In this document: piece by piece, positions 28,616 to 39,811 of the stretch
How positions within the stretch are numbered: position 1 is the stretch's first letter
Layout: each line of letters starts with the position of its first letter
Assembly: GCA_964392925.1 (NCBI GenBank)
Contig: CAYMRP010000001.1
Span: 165,585 to 229,584 of the forward strand
Source: an uncultured Gammaproteobacteria bacterium
GTDB lineage: Bacteria > Patescibacteriota > Microgenomatia > Daviesbacterales > UBA10151
Length of the DNA stretch: 64,000 nt
Direction: 5' to 3'
Translations under genes and position numbers: made by a program
The notes under the pieces: generated by a model
What the model was told of the DNA's origin: nothing
Database searches by the model: none
The model's input: the letters and a program-made list of their open reading frames with translations, nothing else

Positions 28616-30400
28616 ATGAATAACTTAAGAAATATCGCTATTATCGCCCACGTTGATCACGGAAAGACTACTCTTGTGGACTCTCTGTTAACCCAAACCC
28701 AGACTCACATGGATAAAGATCTGGTTGGAACAGATCTAATCATGGATTCTAATGAGCTTGAAAAAGAGCGCGGAATCACTATTTTCTCCAAAAATGCTTC
28801 AGTTAGCTGGAATGGAACCAAAATTAATATTATCGATACCCCAGGCCACGCTGATTTCGGAGGAGAAGTTGAGCGTGTTTTGAAAATGGCAGACGGCTGT
28901 CTTCTTTTAATCGACGCTAAAGAAGGTCCAATGCCTCAAACCAGATTCGTTCTCAAACAGGCTCTAAAGATGGGACTTAAAATCATCGTTGTTGTTAATA
29001 AAATCGACCGTCCTGATGCCCGGATCGACTATGTTTTAAATAAAACTTTTGATTTATTTATTGATTTAGGCGCAGACGAAGAATCTGCTTATTTTCCTGT
29101 CATCTACGCCTCCGGAAAACTTGGAAAAGCGGGTCTTGAGCCTGATATAAATACCATGACTGATATCACCCCGATATTCGAAGCAGTTATGAAAGAAATT
29201 CCGGCTCCCAGCGGTGATCCTGAAAAACCTCTTCAACTTTTAATCTCAAACATCAGCGGTGATAATTTTAAAGGCCGTATTGGTATGGGAAGAATTGAAA
29301 ACGGCCGAATTGCCGCTAACGCTGAAATCATGCACATCAATCGTGAAGGCATCCAAAAAAGATACCGCATCTCATCTTTAATGGGATTTGAAGGCTTAGG
29401 TAGGATAGATATTAAAGAAGCTGAAGCCGGAGATATCGTGGCTATATCCGGTATTGCTGACATAACAATCGGTGAAACAATTGCTGATATTAACAATCCA
29501 GTGGCATTACCTCTTCTGGATATCGAAGAACCAACCATCCGGATGTTAATCAGCGTTAATACCTCGCCATTTGCTGGCAGGGAAGGGGAGTATAAAACTA
29601 CTCGCCAAATCCAGGAAAGACTCTATAAAGAATTAGAAACAGATGTCGCTCTAAGGGTTGAAAATGGTCAAAACACTGATTGGATAGTCTCAGGCCGTGG
29701 AGAGCTTCATTTAGCCATTTTAATCGAAAGAATGCGCCGTGAAGGTTATGAATTCCAAGTTTCCCGCCCTCAGGTTATCACTAAAGTTGAAAATGGAGTT
29801 ACTTTGGCCCCTTATGAAAGACTGTTCATCGAAACTCCAGAAGAATTCTCAGGCACAGTTATCCAAAAATTAGGTTTAAGACACGGTCAATTAATCAACA
29901 TGAAAAACGAAGGTGGAATCGTTGATCTTGAATATATTATCCCTACCCGCGAATTATTTGGTTTCCGCTCACAATTCATAACCGACACCAAAGGTTTAGG
30001 CATAATAAATACAATATTCGAAGAATTCAGACCAGATACTGGAGCTAGCTTCAGCAGAGACAGCGGATCTTTAGTAGTCCACGAAACTGGAACTACTAAA
30101 CTTTTCGGACTAGTTGGAGTTCAAAGCCGAGGTACTCTTTTTATTGGTCCTGGAACTGCAGTTTATAAAGGCCAGGTAATCGGTTCAAGCGCCCGATCAG
30201 GAGACATGAGCGTAAACGTCTGTAAAGAAAAGCAGCAAACCAATCACCGCTCAAGCGGAGAGGGTGTTTCCGAACATTTTAATGCCCCCAAATTAATGGA
30301 TCTTGAAGATTCATTGGAATATATTGATGACACAGAATTAGTAGAAGTCACACCTAAAAATATCAGAATCCGCAAAATAAACTTAAACGGCACTCGTTAA
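28616..30400 (+). CDS. typA: Translational GTPase TypA/BipA
   Basis: [44 protein letters not shown]. Confidence 0.97.
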   Translation: MNNLRNIAIIAHVDHGKTTLVDSLLTQTQTHMDKDLVGTDLIMDSNELEKERGITIFSKNASVSWNGTKINIIDTPGHADFGGEVERVLKMADGCLLLIDAKEGPMPQTRFVLKQALKMGLKIIVVVNKIDRPDARIDYVLNKTFDLFIDLGADEESAYFPVIYASGKLGKAGLEPDINTMTDITPIFEAVMKEIPAPSGDPEKPLQLLISNISGDNFKGRIGMGRIENGRIAANAEIMHINREGIQKRYRISSLMGFEGLGRIDIKEAEAGDIVAISGIADITIGETIADINNPVALPLLDIEEPTIRMLISVNTSPFAGREGEYKTTRQIQERLYKELETDVALRVENGQNTDWIVSGRGELHLAILIERMRREGYEFQVSRPQVITKVENGVTLAPYERLFIETPEEFSGTVIQKLGLRHGQLINMKNEGGIVDLEYIIPTRELFGFRSQFITDTKGLGIINTIFEEFRPDTGASFSRDSGSLVVHETGTTKLFGLVGVQSRGTLFIGPGTAVYKGQVIGSSARSGDMSVNVCKEKQQTNHRSSGEGVSEHFNAPKLMDLEDSLEYIDDTELVEVTPKNIRIRKINLNGTR

Positions 30401-31732
30401 GAAAAAAGCTCCTAGACTTGAAGCCACAATAAATATTGTTGAAGCCCCAAACTTATAAGCAAAATTCTTCGCTCCGGAAGAATAAGCATAAAAAGTTTTA
30501 GCCGACAAATTTACCGCATTAGCAATTAATATTCCTAAAATCGCTAAGTTTGAATCTATAATCCGGCCGCTTAATTCAGATGCACTTATCACAACGGCAT
30601 CAATACCTGCAAGCGCCCCCAATCCCGAAGTAACTAAAAATCCATTATTGCCAAAAAACACCAGCGATAATTTAGACAAAATATTAATTACTAAAAATAG
30701 CCCCATGAATTTTAAAGCTGGAGTTAAATTAAACATTTTATGCGAACTCTTTTGCTTTTTTCCGGTCTCAGATTCGCTACTGACTTTTCTAAAAAAGAAA
30801 AAGCATCCCGCCAAAAGGGTAGAGATAGTTAATCCTAATATCACCGGCAAACCCTGAATAAAAAGTCCGCTGTTAACCGCTAAAATCAAAATCGAAATCT
30901 GAATAAAACTTGTCATATTAGAAAATAGCGCCGCCCCCACAAATTGATTATTTTGGGTTAATCCTTTGCTTTGTCCGGCCAAAGATTGGGTCGTTGCAGT
31001 TGAAGAAATAAATCCACCTGCCAAACTAGTGATAAGCAAACTTTTCCCTCGTCCTAAAGTTCTTTCTAAAACATATCCCAAAATATCAACTCCAGTCATC
31101 AAAACCACAATCGACCATAATTTATAAGGATTTATTAAACTGATGTCTTTAATTTGATTAAGAAACGGCACCGACGGCAAAATAGCCTCTATATTAGAAA
31201 TACTGCTCAAAGAGAATGAGAAATTAGGCAAAAAAGGCAAAATAACCAAAGCCAAAATAGCAAAACTCACAAACGAATTAACTTCTTTCCGGTCAATGCC
31301 AGCAATCATTCTGTGAATTTTCTGTTTTTTAGATAACAGTAAAACAACGATAACAGTAACCGCTAAAATAATTTGTATCGGTACAATTCCAGCGGCGATA
31401 AGTATTCCGGCAAAATATGTAAAGAACACCGCAATTTCAGTCGTAATCCCTAAATCTTTAGTGTAAATTACTCCTAAAATATAATTTGCCAAAATCATTA
31501 TCAAAACAGCCGATGTAATAATTGCCGATATTACAGCGCCGCCGGAAAGACTTAATCCGCTCAAAGCTCCTAAAATTCCGATCATTGAAAAAGTTCTAAG
31601 CCCCATATCAGTAAGAACCTGTCCTTTTCGAGGTTTATTATCAGGTGTTGGATCAACCTGGCGCTCCAAACCAATAATCGCCCCAATAGCCAGCGGTACC
31701 AGAATCTTAACGAATAAATCTCCAGTTTCCAT
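30383..31732 (-). CDS. MgtC/SapB + DUF4010 membrane protein
   Basis: IGLERQ, GLRTF, GITTE, GGFISSTATT. Confidence 0.85.
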   Translation of the reverse strand: METGDLFVKILVPLAIGAIIGLERQVDPTPDNKPRKGQVLTDMGLRTFSMIGILGALSGLSLSGGAVISAIITSAVLIMILANYILGVIYTKDLGITTEIAVFFTYFAGILIAAGIVPIQIILAVTVIVVLLLSKKQKIHRMIAGIDRKEVNSFVSFAILALVILPFLPNFSFSLSSISNIEAILPSVPFLNQIKDISLINPYKLWSIVVLMTGVDILGYVLERTLGRGKSLLITSLAGGFISSTATTQSLAGQSKGLTQNNQFVGAALFSNMTSFIQISILILAVNSGLFIQGLPVILGLTISTLLAGCFFFFRKVSSESETGKKQKSSHKMFNLTPALKFMGLFLVINILSKLSLVFFGNNGFLVTSGLGALAGIDAVVISASELSGRIIDSNLAILGILIANAVNLSAKTFYAYSSGAKNFAYKFGASTIFIVASSLGAFFLTSAV

Positions 31733-31782
31733 TCATCCTATTCTAAGCTTTTCTTCATAGAATTTGAAGTATAATATTTCCT

Positions 31783-32739
31783 ATGAATTGGGTTGATTTA
31801 GTAATTATTGCGCTTCTCGTATTCTTTATTTATGAATCTATCGGTCGCAACTTTCTTGGCGAAGTTTTAGATTCTTTATCTTTTATCGTTGCCTTTTTTG
31901 CCTCTCTGAGATTTTATAATGAATTCGCTCAATTCTTTTTAACTGCTTTTCAAATTCCTAATTCACTTTCAAAGATATTTGGCTTTCTCTCAGTCTGGTT
32001 TTTAGTAGAAACAGTCTTTTTCGGCATTATCCATTTTGTTCTGTTTCGTTACCTCGGCACAATACATCTCCCAAAGTGGCTTAATAAGCTTTCTGTTATT
32101 CCAGCGATTTTCAGAGGTTTAGTTTTTGTCTCAATAATTTTAGTTTTGCTTGGCACTTTCCCTATTCAGCCAATGATAAAAAAAGATATTCTTGATTCCC
32201 TAGTCGGTTCAGCTATTCTAAATGAAACTCATCGCTTGGAAGGACCTTTAAAAAATGTTTTTGGTGGTATCACGGAGGACACTTTTACTTTCTTAACAAT
32301 AAAACCTCGCTCTGATGAAACTGTTAATCTCGGATTTAAAACCGGCGAATTCTCACCTGACTCCGCTATGGAAGACCAGCTTATTACACTCGTGAATAAA
32401 GAACGTACTTCTAGAAATCTTCAGCCGCTTGAGAAAATCGATAGTTTGACCCGCATCGGCCGGAATCATTCAGCCGATATGTTCACCCGAGGTTATTTTG
32501 CTCATAATTCGCCAGAAGGAGAAAGTGTTGCCAACCGGGCAAATAAAGCCGGCTATCTATATTTAGTCATTGGTGAAAATCTGGCTTATGCTCCAACAGT
32601 TCAGCTTGCCCACAAAGGTTTAATGGACTCCAAAGGTCATCGTGAGAATATCCTGTCTCCTGAATTTAATAAAATAGGAATCGGTATTATGGATGGCGGA
32701 GTTTATGGCTTGATGGTTACTCAAGTCTTCTCAAATTAA
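31783..32739 (+). CDS. CvpA-like membrane domain fused to CAP (SCP) domain
   Basis: MNWVDLVII N-terminus; LVNKER, HSADM, GENLA, GHRENIL. Confidence 0.88.
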   Translation: MNWVDLVIIALLVFFIYESIGRNFLGEVLDSLSFIVAFFASLRFYNEFAQFFLTAFQIPNSLSKIFGFLSVWFLVETVFFGIIHFVLFRYLGTIHLPKWLNKLSVIPAIFRGLVFVSIILVLLGTFPIQPMIKKDILDSLVGSAILNETHRLEGPLKNVFGGITEDTFTFLTIKPRSDETVNLGFKTGEFSPDSAMEDQLITLVNKERTSRNLQPLEKIDSLTRIGRNHSADMFTRGYFAHNSPEGESVANRANKAGYLYLVIGENLAYAPTVQLAHKGLMDSKGHRENILSPEFNKIGIGIMDGGVYGLMVTQVFSN

Positions 32740-33336
32740 ATGAATCTAAAAAAAACTTTACTCCTGACTGTTATTCTGCTTACCTCATTTATCGCAGGTT
32801 CTATCTTAATCTGGCAGGGCTTAAATCTTGATCGCAATGATCAAAACGCCCAAGTTCTAGGTAAGCGTACAAATACAGATTTAATTGGTGCTACAGCCTC
32901 AGCTAATTTGCCTACTGGTGATAGATTTTTAGTTACTAAGGTTATTGATGGCGATACTTTTTACGTCAAACTTGATGGCGATACAGTTAGTGTCCGGATG
33001 GTTGGTATCGATACTCCTGAGACTGTTGATCCTAGAAGACCAGTCGGCTGTTTTGGGAAAAAATCCAGTGATGAAACTAAGAGATTAATCGAAGGCAAGG
33101 AGGTCATTCTGACAAAAGATATTTCTGATACCGATAAATATAATCGCCTCCTCAGATATGTTTTCCTGCCTGTTTCAGGAGGGGAGACGCTTTTTATTAA
33201 TGATTATCTAATTCGTCAGGGGTTTGCCAAATCTCTAACTTATCCGCCAGATGTTAAATATAATGAACGTTTCGTAGGGGCTGAGCGCGATGCCCGAGAT
33301 AATCTACGAGGATTGTGGTCTGAATGCCAAAACTAA
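32740..33336 (+). CDS. Thermonuclease (SNase) family
   Basis: VIDGDT, VRMVGIDTPE, DKYNRLLRYV, GLW. Confidence 0.93.
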   Translation: MNLKKTLLLTVILLTSFIAGSILIWQGLNLDRNDQNAQVLGKRTNTDLIGATASANLPTGDRFLVTKVIDGDTFYVKLDGDTVSVRMVGIDTPETVDPRRPVGCFGKKSSDETKRLIEGKEVILTKDISDTDKYNRLLRYVFLPVSGGETLFINDYLIRQGFAKSLTYPPDVKYNERFVGAERDARDNLRGLWSECQN

Positions 33337-33384
33337 GCCATCTACTATCTGCCTCAGTCGCGTGCCATGCGCTATAATTAATTA

Positions 33385-33921
33385 ATGAAGAAGTTCTGGT
33401 TTCAGCTTTTTGGGTTAGTTTTACTCACCAGTATTGCCATGTTTTTAGCTTTCAATCAAAGCTATCTTGCGCCCTTTGCCAGTATGTTCAAAAGAGCTCC
33501 GACACTTTCTGGCCAAATAGTTCAAAAAACTAATAAACTTGTAATTCTAGGCAGCGACGGCACCCAAAAAGCCCAAATCAATATTGAGCTTGCCAACACT
33601 AAAGAAGTCAGATCTAAAGGTTTAGGATATAGAGATAGTCTGGCAACTACCTCCGGAATGCTTTTTATCCACGAATCTCCACAAAAATATACTTACTGGA
33701 TGAAAGGTATGAGATTCCCAATTGATATTATGTGGATCTCGGGCGATACAATTGCGGACATAATACCAAATATCCCACCACCAATCGAGGGTCAGACAGA
33801 TGATACTCTTGAGCGTTACCAATCAACCGTTGAAGTAGATAAAGTGTTGGAGACTAATGCCGGTTTCGTCATGCAAAACAACATTCTTGAAGGCGATAAA
33901 ATCGTCGTTACCACCAGGTAG
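33385..33921 (+). CDS. DUF192 family protein
   Basis: GL.YR, GMLF, WMKGMRFPIDI, VLE..AG. Confidence 0.9.
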   Translation: MKKFWFQLFGLVLLTSIAMFLAFNQSYLAPFASMFKRAPTLSGQIVQKTNKLVILGSDGTQKAQINIELANTKEVRSKGLGYRDSLATTSGMLFIHESPQKYTYWMKGMRFPIDIMWISGDTIADIIPNIPPPIEGQTDDTLERYQSTVEVDKVLETNAGFVMQNNILEGDKIVVTTR

Positions 33922-33924
33922 TTT

Positions 33925-35352
33925 ATGTTAATACTTCCATTAAAATTTATTCGAGAAGAAGATAAAAAAATTATTGGTATAAACTTATTTAATCTGGCCA
34001 AACTTGGCCATCTCGGTCTGCCAGTTGTTGAGTCTGTTATCGCCATCCCGCCTCCTGAAATATTTGAAAGTACTGTTAATAGATATTTAAAAAATCATCC
34101 CAACCTTAAAGACCATATGCTGCACATAAAAGCTGAAATCCTAAAAATTCCTGTTCCCGAAAGCATTAAGACTTTAGAACTTGCAAATAATCACCTGGCT
34201 AAAAATTCTGTTTTGAATATAGAAAAACTTTGGGAAAATTTGCTTGAAAAATGGGCGCTTGAATTGATTTCTAAAATTGAAAGAAATGAAAAAGACCGTT
34301 TTAATTTAACTCCTCAATTAATTATTTTTTCCGCTAACTTTACAGTTTTTGGTAGAGGTTATTTTGACGAAGATCGGGATCACGCCATCATTAAAGTTGA
34401 ACAGGGAAAGCTTGATTTTCACACATCCTCAGCGATTGAAAATTTAATTATTGTAGGTAACAAAAAACTATTAATTCCTCAAATTTATTATTGGGGAATT
34501 GAAGATAATAAAATCAAGATTGTTAAAGTTCAGCCTTATACTCAAAGCTTAGATGAAGATAAAGATCCAACAATAGACAAAGCAGTTTCAACCAGCACCA
34601 CTGTAAAAGTTGTTAAAACTGCAACCAAAATTTTGCTTGATTATCATAATGATGTTCTAACGAATTATGATTCTGACGGAGTCCTTCTTAATATAAAAAA
34701 GCTCGATGCAGAGGAGATCAACGCCCAGCTTACTAAGATCCACATATTCGATACTAATGCAAAAATTATTTTTAACTCAGATAGTAATCTTACTCATCCA
34801 GAGATCTTAGAATTTGCCAAGATATTTATTTTTTTCAAAAACAAAAGAAAACTCGATGCTCAAATTATCTTACCTGAAACTTATTCCAAAGATGAATTCT
34901 TAAGTCTTAAAAGAGACCTCGCTTCGCTCGGAATTTATAGTAAAGGCGGTCTAAAACTTTGGAAACAATTTAATCACCCAGCAGACTTCCTAAATTTTAA
35001 TGATTATTTTGAAGCAGGTTTTGATGGAGCAATTATAGATATTGATAGACTTGCTAAATCAATCACCGGACTTGATTCCGAAATAGTTCTTCGCGATCTG
35101 AAACTTGATTGGATAAATACTATCGAAAAATTCTTTAAAGATTTTGGGTTGTCGAAAGTAATTAAAAGCGGTAAGCAGGTTTTAATAAAAGGCGATCTTT
35201 GCCAAAACGAAGAACTATTAAATTTTTTAATTAGATCCGGAGTTTGGGGCGTTGCTTTTAAGAATAATATCGCCTCCAAATTTAAAGAGCATATAAGCTA
35301 TCTGGAAAAACAAACTATCAAAAAATTATCCCAAAGAGAAGTTCAGCATTAA
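33925..35352 (+). CDS. Degenerate PEP synthase/PPDK-like protein
   Basis: IG..L.NLAKL...GLPV N-terminus and ATKI, DGV.L, FDG..ID...L C-terminal barrel remnants; no phospho-His motif. Confidence 0.5.
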   Translation: MLILPLKFIREEDKKIIGINLFNLAKLGHLGLPVVESVIAIPPPEIFESTVNRYLKNHPNLKDHMLHIKAEILKIPVPESIKTLELANNHLAKNSVLNIEKLWENLLEKWALELISKIERNEKDRFNLTPQLIIFSANFTVFGRGYFDEDRDHAIIKVEQGKLDFHTSSAIENLIIVGNKKLLIPQIYYWGIEDNKIKIVKVQPYTQSLDEDKDPTIDKAVSTSTTVKVVKTATKILLDYHNDVLTNYDSDGVLLNIKKLDAEEINAQLTKIHIFDTNAKIIFNSDSNLTHPEILEFAKIFIFFKNKRKLDAQIILPETYSKDEFLSLKRDLASLGIYSKGGLKLWKQFNHPADFLNFNDYFEAGFDGAIIDIDRLAKSITGLDSEIVLRDLKLDWINTIEKFFKDFGLSKVIKSGKQVLIKGDLCQNEELLNFLIRSGVWGVAFKNNIASKFKEHISYLEKQTIKKLSQREVQH

Positions 35353-36006
35353 GATATACTCACCCTTAGGAATTCTTTTTTTATACTCCTCAATAAACTC
35401 TAAAGTCTTTTTTGATTTTACTTCCTGATGCATTTTGGTTAATTCTTTAGCCAGAACTATTCTTGGATTAATAAATAGTTGGTTAATCTCGTCTAACGTT
35501 TTCTTTAATTTATGAGGTGCCACAAAAATAATAAATGTTGTGGCGATTAAATCATTAATTTGCTTTAGATTCTCTAACTGAGTTTTTCTCCGGCCTTCTT
35601 TCTCTGGTAAATATCCTACAAACATGAATTTATCCGGCGGCATTCCAGATAGTGTTAATGCCGTAGTAACTGACGATGGGCCGGGTAAAGAATCAACTTC
35701 GAGTCCCTGTTCAATCATACTCCGAACAATTTTGTATCCAGGATCAGAAATCAAAGGTGTTCCTGCATCCGACACTAATGCCAAATTCAGACCTGATCTA
35801 AGTTTTGCGGCAATCAGATCTTCTGAGCGAAACTCATTAAAGTCATTAAGAATAATAAGTGGTTTTTTTATTTCGTAATGACTTAAAAGAACCGATGTTC
35901 TTCTTGAGTCCTCACAAATTATTTCATCAACGTCCTTTAAGACTTCAAGAGCTCTTAAAGTTATATCTTTCAAATTACCAATCGGTGTTGGAACAATAGT
36001 TAGCAT
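35326..36006 (-). CDS. rsmI: 16S rRNA C1402 2'-O-methyltransferase
   Basis: TPIGNL.DIT.RAL, CEDSR, VSDAGTP.ISDPG, KELTK.H, KGE. Confidence 0.96.
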   Translation of the reverse strand: MLTIVPTPIGNLKDITLRALEVLKDVDEIICEDSRRTSVLLSHYEIKKPLIILNDFNEFRSEDLIAAKLRSGLNLALVSDAGTPLISDPGYKIVRSMIEQGLEVDSLPGPSSVTTALTLSGMPPDKFMFVGYLPEKEGRRKTQLENLKQINDLIATTFIIFVAPHKLKKTLDEINQLFINPRIVLAKELTKMHQEVKSKKTLEFIEEYKKRIPKGEYILMLNFSLG

Positions 36007-36079
36007 GGAGAAATTTTACTCTGAACGAAGTGAATGGGCAAGCTGCGCTTAATAAGCTAGAGTCCCTGTGTGCAATCAA

Positions 36080-36778
36080 CTACTTATCTGCTTTTTTTAT
36101 AGTCTCTTCGAGATCTTTAAAATTGGCATGCTTCATGTCTGCTTTTGATAAACGAGGTCCGCGTTTATGCTGAATAAACTCAATAATCATCGGTAAAACA
36201 GAAATAATAATGATGAAATATACAATATACTCAAAGTTATCTTTAACCCAAGGCAAAGACCCAAAGAAATACCCGGCAAACAACAAACTAGTCACCCAAA
36301 TAAAAGCTCCAATAATATTATAAAGGAAAAATGTGTGGTAATGCATATTTCCCACCCCTGCTACGAATGGAGCAAAAGTCCGCACAATAGGAGCAAATCG
36401 AGCTAAAATAATGGTTTTCTTCCCATGTTTTTCATAGAATTCCCTAGTTTTCTCCAAATATGCTTTCTTGAAAATCATAGAGTTTTCATTTGCAAAAACT
36501 TTAGCTCCCATTTTATGTCCGATCCAATAATTAACTGTATCTCCAATAATGGCTGCCGCAAGTAGAGTAAAATAAGCAACCCAAATATTTAATAATCCGC
36601 TGCCTGACAACGTTCCTATTACAAATAGTAGTGAATCTCCTGGCAAGAAAGGGGTGACAACTAGTCCTGTTTCAGCAAAAATAATAAGGAACAAAATTAC
36701 ATAAGTCCAAGGACCAAACGCATGAACTAAGGTTATTAAGTATTCATCTAAATGAAGTAAAAACTCAAAAATTTCCAT
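36080..36778 (-). CDS. DedA family membrane protein
   Basis: FAETGL..PFLPGDSLLF, GD..NY.IG, ARF.P.VRTFAPFVAG. Confidence 0.95.
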   Translation of the reverse strand: MEIFEFLLHLDEYLITLVHAFGPWTYVILFLIIFAETGLVVTPFLPGDSLLFVIGTLSGSGLLNIWVAYFTLLAAAIIGDTVNYWIGHKMGAKVFANENSMIFKKAYLEKTREFYEKHGKKTIILARFAPIVRTFAPFVAGVGNMHYHTFFLYNIIGAFIWVTSLLFAGYFFGSLPWVKDNFEYIVYFIIIISVLPMIIEFIQHKRGPRLSKADMKHANFKDLEETIKKADK

Positions 36779-36850
36779 AAAAAATCAATTACCAATCCCA
36801 AAACCCATTACAGTATTTTAACTGAAAATATTAAATAATCAAAGTGAAGA

Positions 36851-37270
36851 TTAGTTTTCCACCATTCTCACTCTTCTTACCACCCTCGCTCCGACTAAGG
36901 CAGTAGCTTCTAATATACCTTCCTCGCTAAATTTTAGTTCCTGTGCAATTCCTGGAATCATCGGTAAGGCCAACCTCGCGTTAATATTCTGATGTTTATT
37001 TGACGGCAACTCAATTTCTATCTGTGGTAGTGAATTAGCTATAACAGCAAGAGGCACCTCTCTCTCAAGTCGTTTAGCTAGTTTGTCATAACTCTCAACA
37101 TCAAACATAATGCCCTTGCGCGGCCTTATTTGTCTTATTCTGTCTGCAGCTAAATACGCTGCCTCTGCTGTAGCAGTCTTTTCGCTTACGTCTTGCGGTT
37201 CCGGTAGCTCAACTATGACCGTTCTATCTGCTGACTTCCTTTTTCTAAATCTTGGATGTAATTCACTCAT
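36851..37270 (-). CDS. Hypothetical orphan protein (track start 37306)
   Basis: TATATT 7 nt before ATG 37270. Confidence 0.55.
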   Translation of the reverse strand: MSELHPRFRKRKSADRTVIVELPEPQDVSEKTATAEAAYLAADRIRQIRPRKGIMFDVESYDKLAKRLEREVPLAVIANSLPQIEIELPSNKHQNINARLALPMIPGIAQELKFSEEGILEATALVGARVVRRVRMVEN

Positions 37271-37307
37271 CTGGCGAAATATATAACTTCTAACACTATA
37301 AGTCAAT

Positions 37308-38561
37308 CTAGAGATTGGAGAAATCGAGCGTACCGAAATAATCTTCTAATGTCTCGGCTCTTCTAATTTGCTCCACTGATCCATCTGATTTAAGTAACAG
37401 CTCGGCACTTCTAAGTTTCCCATTGTAATTAAACCCCATCGAAAACCCATGTGCTCCTGTATCATGAATCACGATTAAATCACCATTTTCAATTTTTGGT
37501 AATGTTCTATCAATCGCGAACTTGTCATTATTCTCGCAAAGTGACCCTACAACATCATAAGTTTCAGTCAATGGCGCATCTTCTTTCCCTAAAACAGTTT
37601 CATGATGATAAGCCCCGTACATTCCAGGCCTCATCAAATTCGCCATACAAGCATCAACCCCAATATAATTTTTATATATTTTTTTCTCATGTATTGCAGT
37701 GGTAATCAAATATCCAAACGGGCCGGTAATCATCCTTCCGCATTCAAAAACAACTTTGAGAGGCTCTAATTTATTTCCGACAATCATCTCTTCATAAAGC
37801 TTTTTAATTCCATCAGAAACCTTAGTTAAATCCATTGCTTCCTGCTCAGGCTTATAAGGAATCCCAATTCCTCCACCCATATTTATAAATTCTAAAGCAA
37901 CTCCTGTCTGTTCCTTAATTTCAGAAACCAACTCAAACAACATTCTTGCAGTCTCCACAATATAATCACCATTCAGCTCATTTGAAGCCACCATTGTATG
38001 AAGTCCAAATCTTTTAACCCCCCGGTTCGATGCAATTTTGTATGCATCCATTAACTGTTCTTTTGTCAGTCCGTATTTTGCTTCTTTCGGATCTCCAATT
38101 AAAACATTTCCAGTTCTGGTAGGTCCTGGATTATATCTAAAACACAAAAGCTCAGGTAACCTTCCTAAAGATTTTTCAAGATATTCTAAATGTGTTATAT
38201 CATCAAGATTAATAATCGCCCCTAATTCAAAAGCTTTTTTATAATCTTTCTCCGGAGTCTCGTTCGATGTAAACATAATTTCCTCTCCCTTAAATCCAAC
38301 TTTCTCAGATAGAATAAGTTCAGCCAAAGATGAACAATCAACACCCATCCCCTCGTTTTTTAGTATTTTAAGAATATATGGATTTGGCAAAGCTTTGACT
38401 GCAAAATAATTCTTAAATCCAGGTGCCCACTCAAAAGCTTTGTAAAATTCTTTGGCATTCTCCCTTATGCCAGCTTCATCATAAATATGAAATGGAGTCG
38501 GGAAGTCACTAACAATTTCACTCATTCGATCTTTTGTAAATGGTAACTTAAGAATCTTCAT
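37308..38561 (-). CDS. lysA: Diaminopimelate decarboxylase
   Basis: YFAVKA (PLP Lys), INMGGG, ECGR, RPGMYGAYH, GSLCENND. Confidence 0.93.
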   Translation of the reverse strand: MKILKLPFTKDRMSEIVSDFPTPFHIYDEAGIRENAKEFYKAFEWAPGFKNYFAVKALPNPYILKILKNEGMGVDCSSLAELILSEKVGFKGEEIMFTSNETPEKDYKKAFELGAIINLDDITHLEYLEKSLGRLPELLCFRYNPGPTRTGNVLIGDPKEAKYGLTKEQLMDAYKIASNRGVKRFGLHTMVASNELNGDYIVETARMLFELVSEIKEQTGVALEFINMGGGIGIPYKPEQEAMDLTKVSDGIKKLYEEMIVGNKLEPLKVVFECGRMITGPFGYLITTAIHEKKIYKNYIGVDACMANLMRPGMYGAYHHETVLGKEDAPLTETYDVVGSLCENNDKFAIDRTLPKIENGDLIVIHDTGAHGFSMGFNYNGKLRSAELLLKSDGSVEQIRRAETLEDYFGTLDFSNL

Positions 38562-38563
38562 AA

Positions 38564-39757
38564 TTAGATTTTTAAATTTTCTTTTATTGATATAACTGCT
38601 TTATTAATATTTTCTGTTTGTCCAAACGCCGATAATCGAATGTAGCCCTCACCACCAGATCCAAATCCAGATCCTGGTGTTGAGATAACATGGCATTCCT
38701 CAAGCAGCTTATCAAAAAATTCCCAACTAGATAATCCGTTAGGGCATTTAACCCAAATATATGGTGCATTCTCTCCACCAAAACTTATGAGACCCAAGTC
38801 CTCAACAGTTTCTTTGATAATTTTTGCATTGGCCATGTAATAAGAAATCAATTGGCTGCATTCTTGCTGACCCTTTGGAGATAACGCGGCTATTGCACCT
38901 TCCTGAACAATATTTGATGCGCCGTTAAACATTGTTGTTTGTCTTCTGTTCCATAATGAATTAATTTCTCCCTCAGTCGTATCTTCAATAACTAATTCTT
39001 TTGGCACGACCGACCATCCAAGTCTAACTCCGGTAAATCCGGCCGATTTTGAAAGTGATTGAATTTCTATTGCACATTTTTTTGCCCCCTCTATTTCATA
39101 AATGCTTTTTGGTAATGAGTCATCCGAAATATATTCAGAATAAGCAGCATCGAAAATAATGACTGATTTATTCTGCATTGCATAATCGACAAACTCCTTA
39201 AGTTGAGATTTTGTTGCCACAGCCCCAGTAGGATTATTTGGCGAACATAAAAATATCACATCTGCTTTTTCGCTTGGGATTTTTGGAATAAAACCATTCT
39301 CAGCGCTGCAGTCCATTAAAATAATTTTCTTACCGGCGATTATATTTGAATCGTTATATACAGGATAAACTGGATTAGAGACAGCGACTACAGTTTCATC
39401 AGAAAATATCGAAGTTATATTTGCCGAATCAGATTTCGCTCCGTCTGAAATAAAAATTTCCGAAGCATCAAAATTAATTCCCCGATTTTGATACCAGACA
39501 GCAATTGATTCCCTTAGTCTAGCGCTGCCTTGCTCATCTCCGTATCCGCTATAAGTTTTAACATCTCCTAATTTTCCTACACCATCCAACAGCCCTTTTA
39601 AAATTGAATCAGTTAAAGGCAAAGTAGTGTTTCCAATTCCTAACTTTAGTAATTCGACTCCAGGATTCTTTTCAGAAAAAGTTTTAGACCTCCTGGCAAT
39701 CTCAGAGAAAAGATAAGTTTTAGGTAATTTATTATAATTTTGATTAATCTTAGCCAT
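38564..39757 (-). CDS. dapL: LL-diaminopimelate aminotransferase
   Basis: YLFSEI, LGIG, GYGDEQG, SDGAK, PNNPTG, SKSAGFTGVR, WNRRQTTMFNG. Confidence 0.93.
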   Translation of the reverse strand: MAKINQNYNKLPKTYLFSEIARRSKTFSEKNPGVELLKLGIGNTTLPLTDSILKGLLDGVGKLGDVKTYSGYGDEQGSARLRESIAVWYQNRGINFDASEIFISDGAKSDSANITSIFSDETVVAVSNPVYPVYNDSNIIAGKKIILMDCSAENGFIPKIPSEKADVIFLCSPNNPTGAVATKSQLKEFVDYAMQNKSVIIFDAAYSEYISDDSLPKSIYEIEGAKKCAIEIQSLSKSAGFTGVRLGWSVVPKELVIEDTTEGEINSLWNRRQTTMFNGASNIVQEGAIAALSPKGQQECSQLISYYMANAKIIKETVEDLGLISFGGENAPYIWVKCPNGLSSWEFFDKLLEECHVISTPGSGFGSGGEGYIRLSAFGQTENINKAVISIKENLKI

Positions 39758-39762
39758 ATACT

Positions 39763-39810
39763 TTTAACCATTTAACCATTTAACCATTTAACACTTTAAC
39801 CATTTAACAA
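39763..39810. repeat. Octamer tandem repeat (TTTAACCA)x6
   Basis: Four exact and two variant units fill the asd-dapL spacer. Confidence 0.9.
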
Positions 39811-39811
39811 T

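Noticed and set aside
39763-39810. CRISPR array (also considered for the tRNA-leader repeats)
   Set aside because: Units are 8-14 bp, lack regular unique spacers, and there are no cas genes
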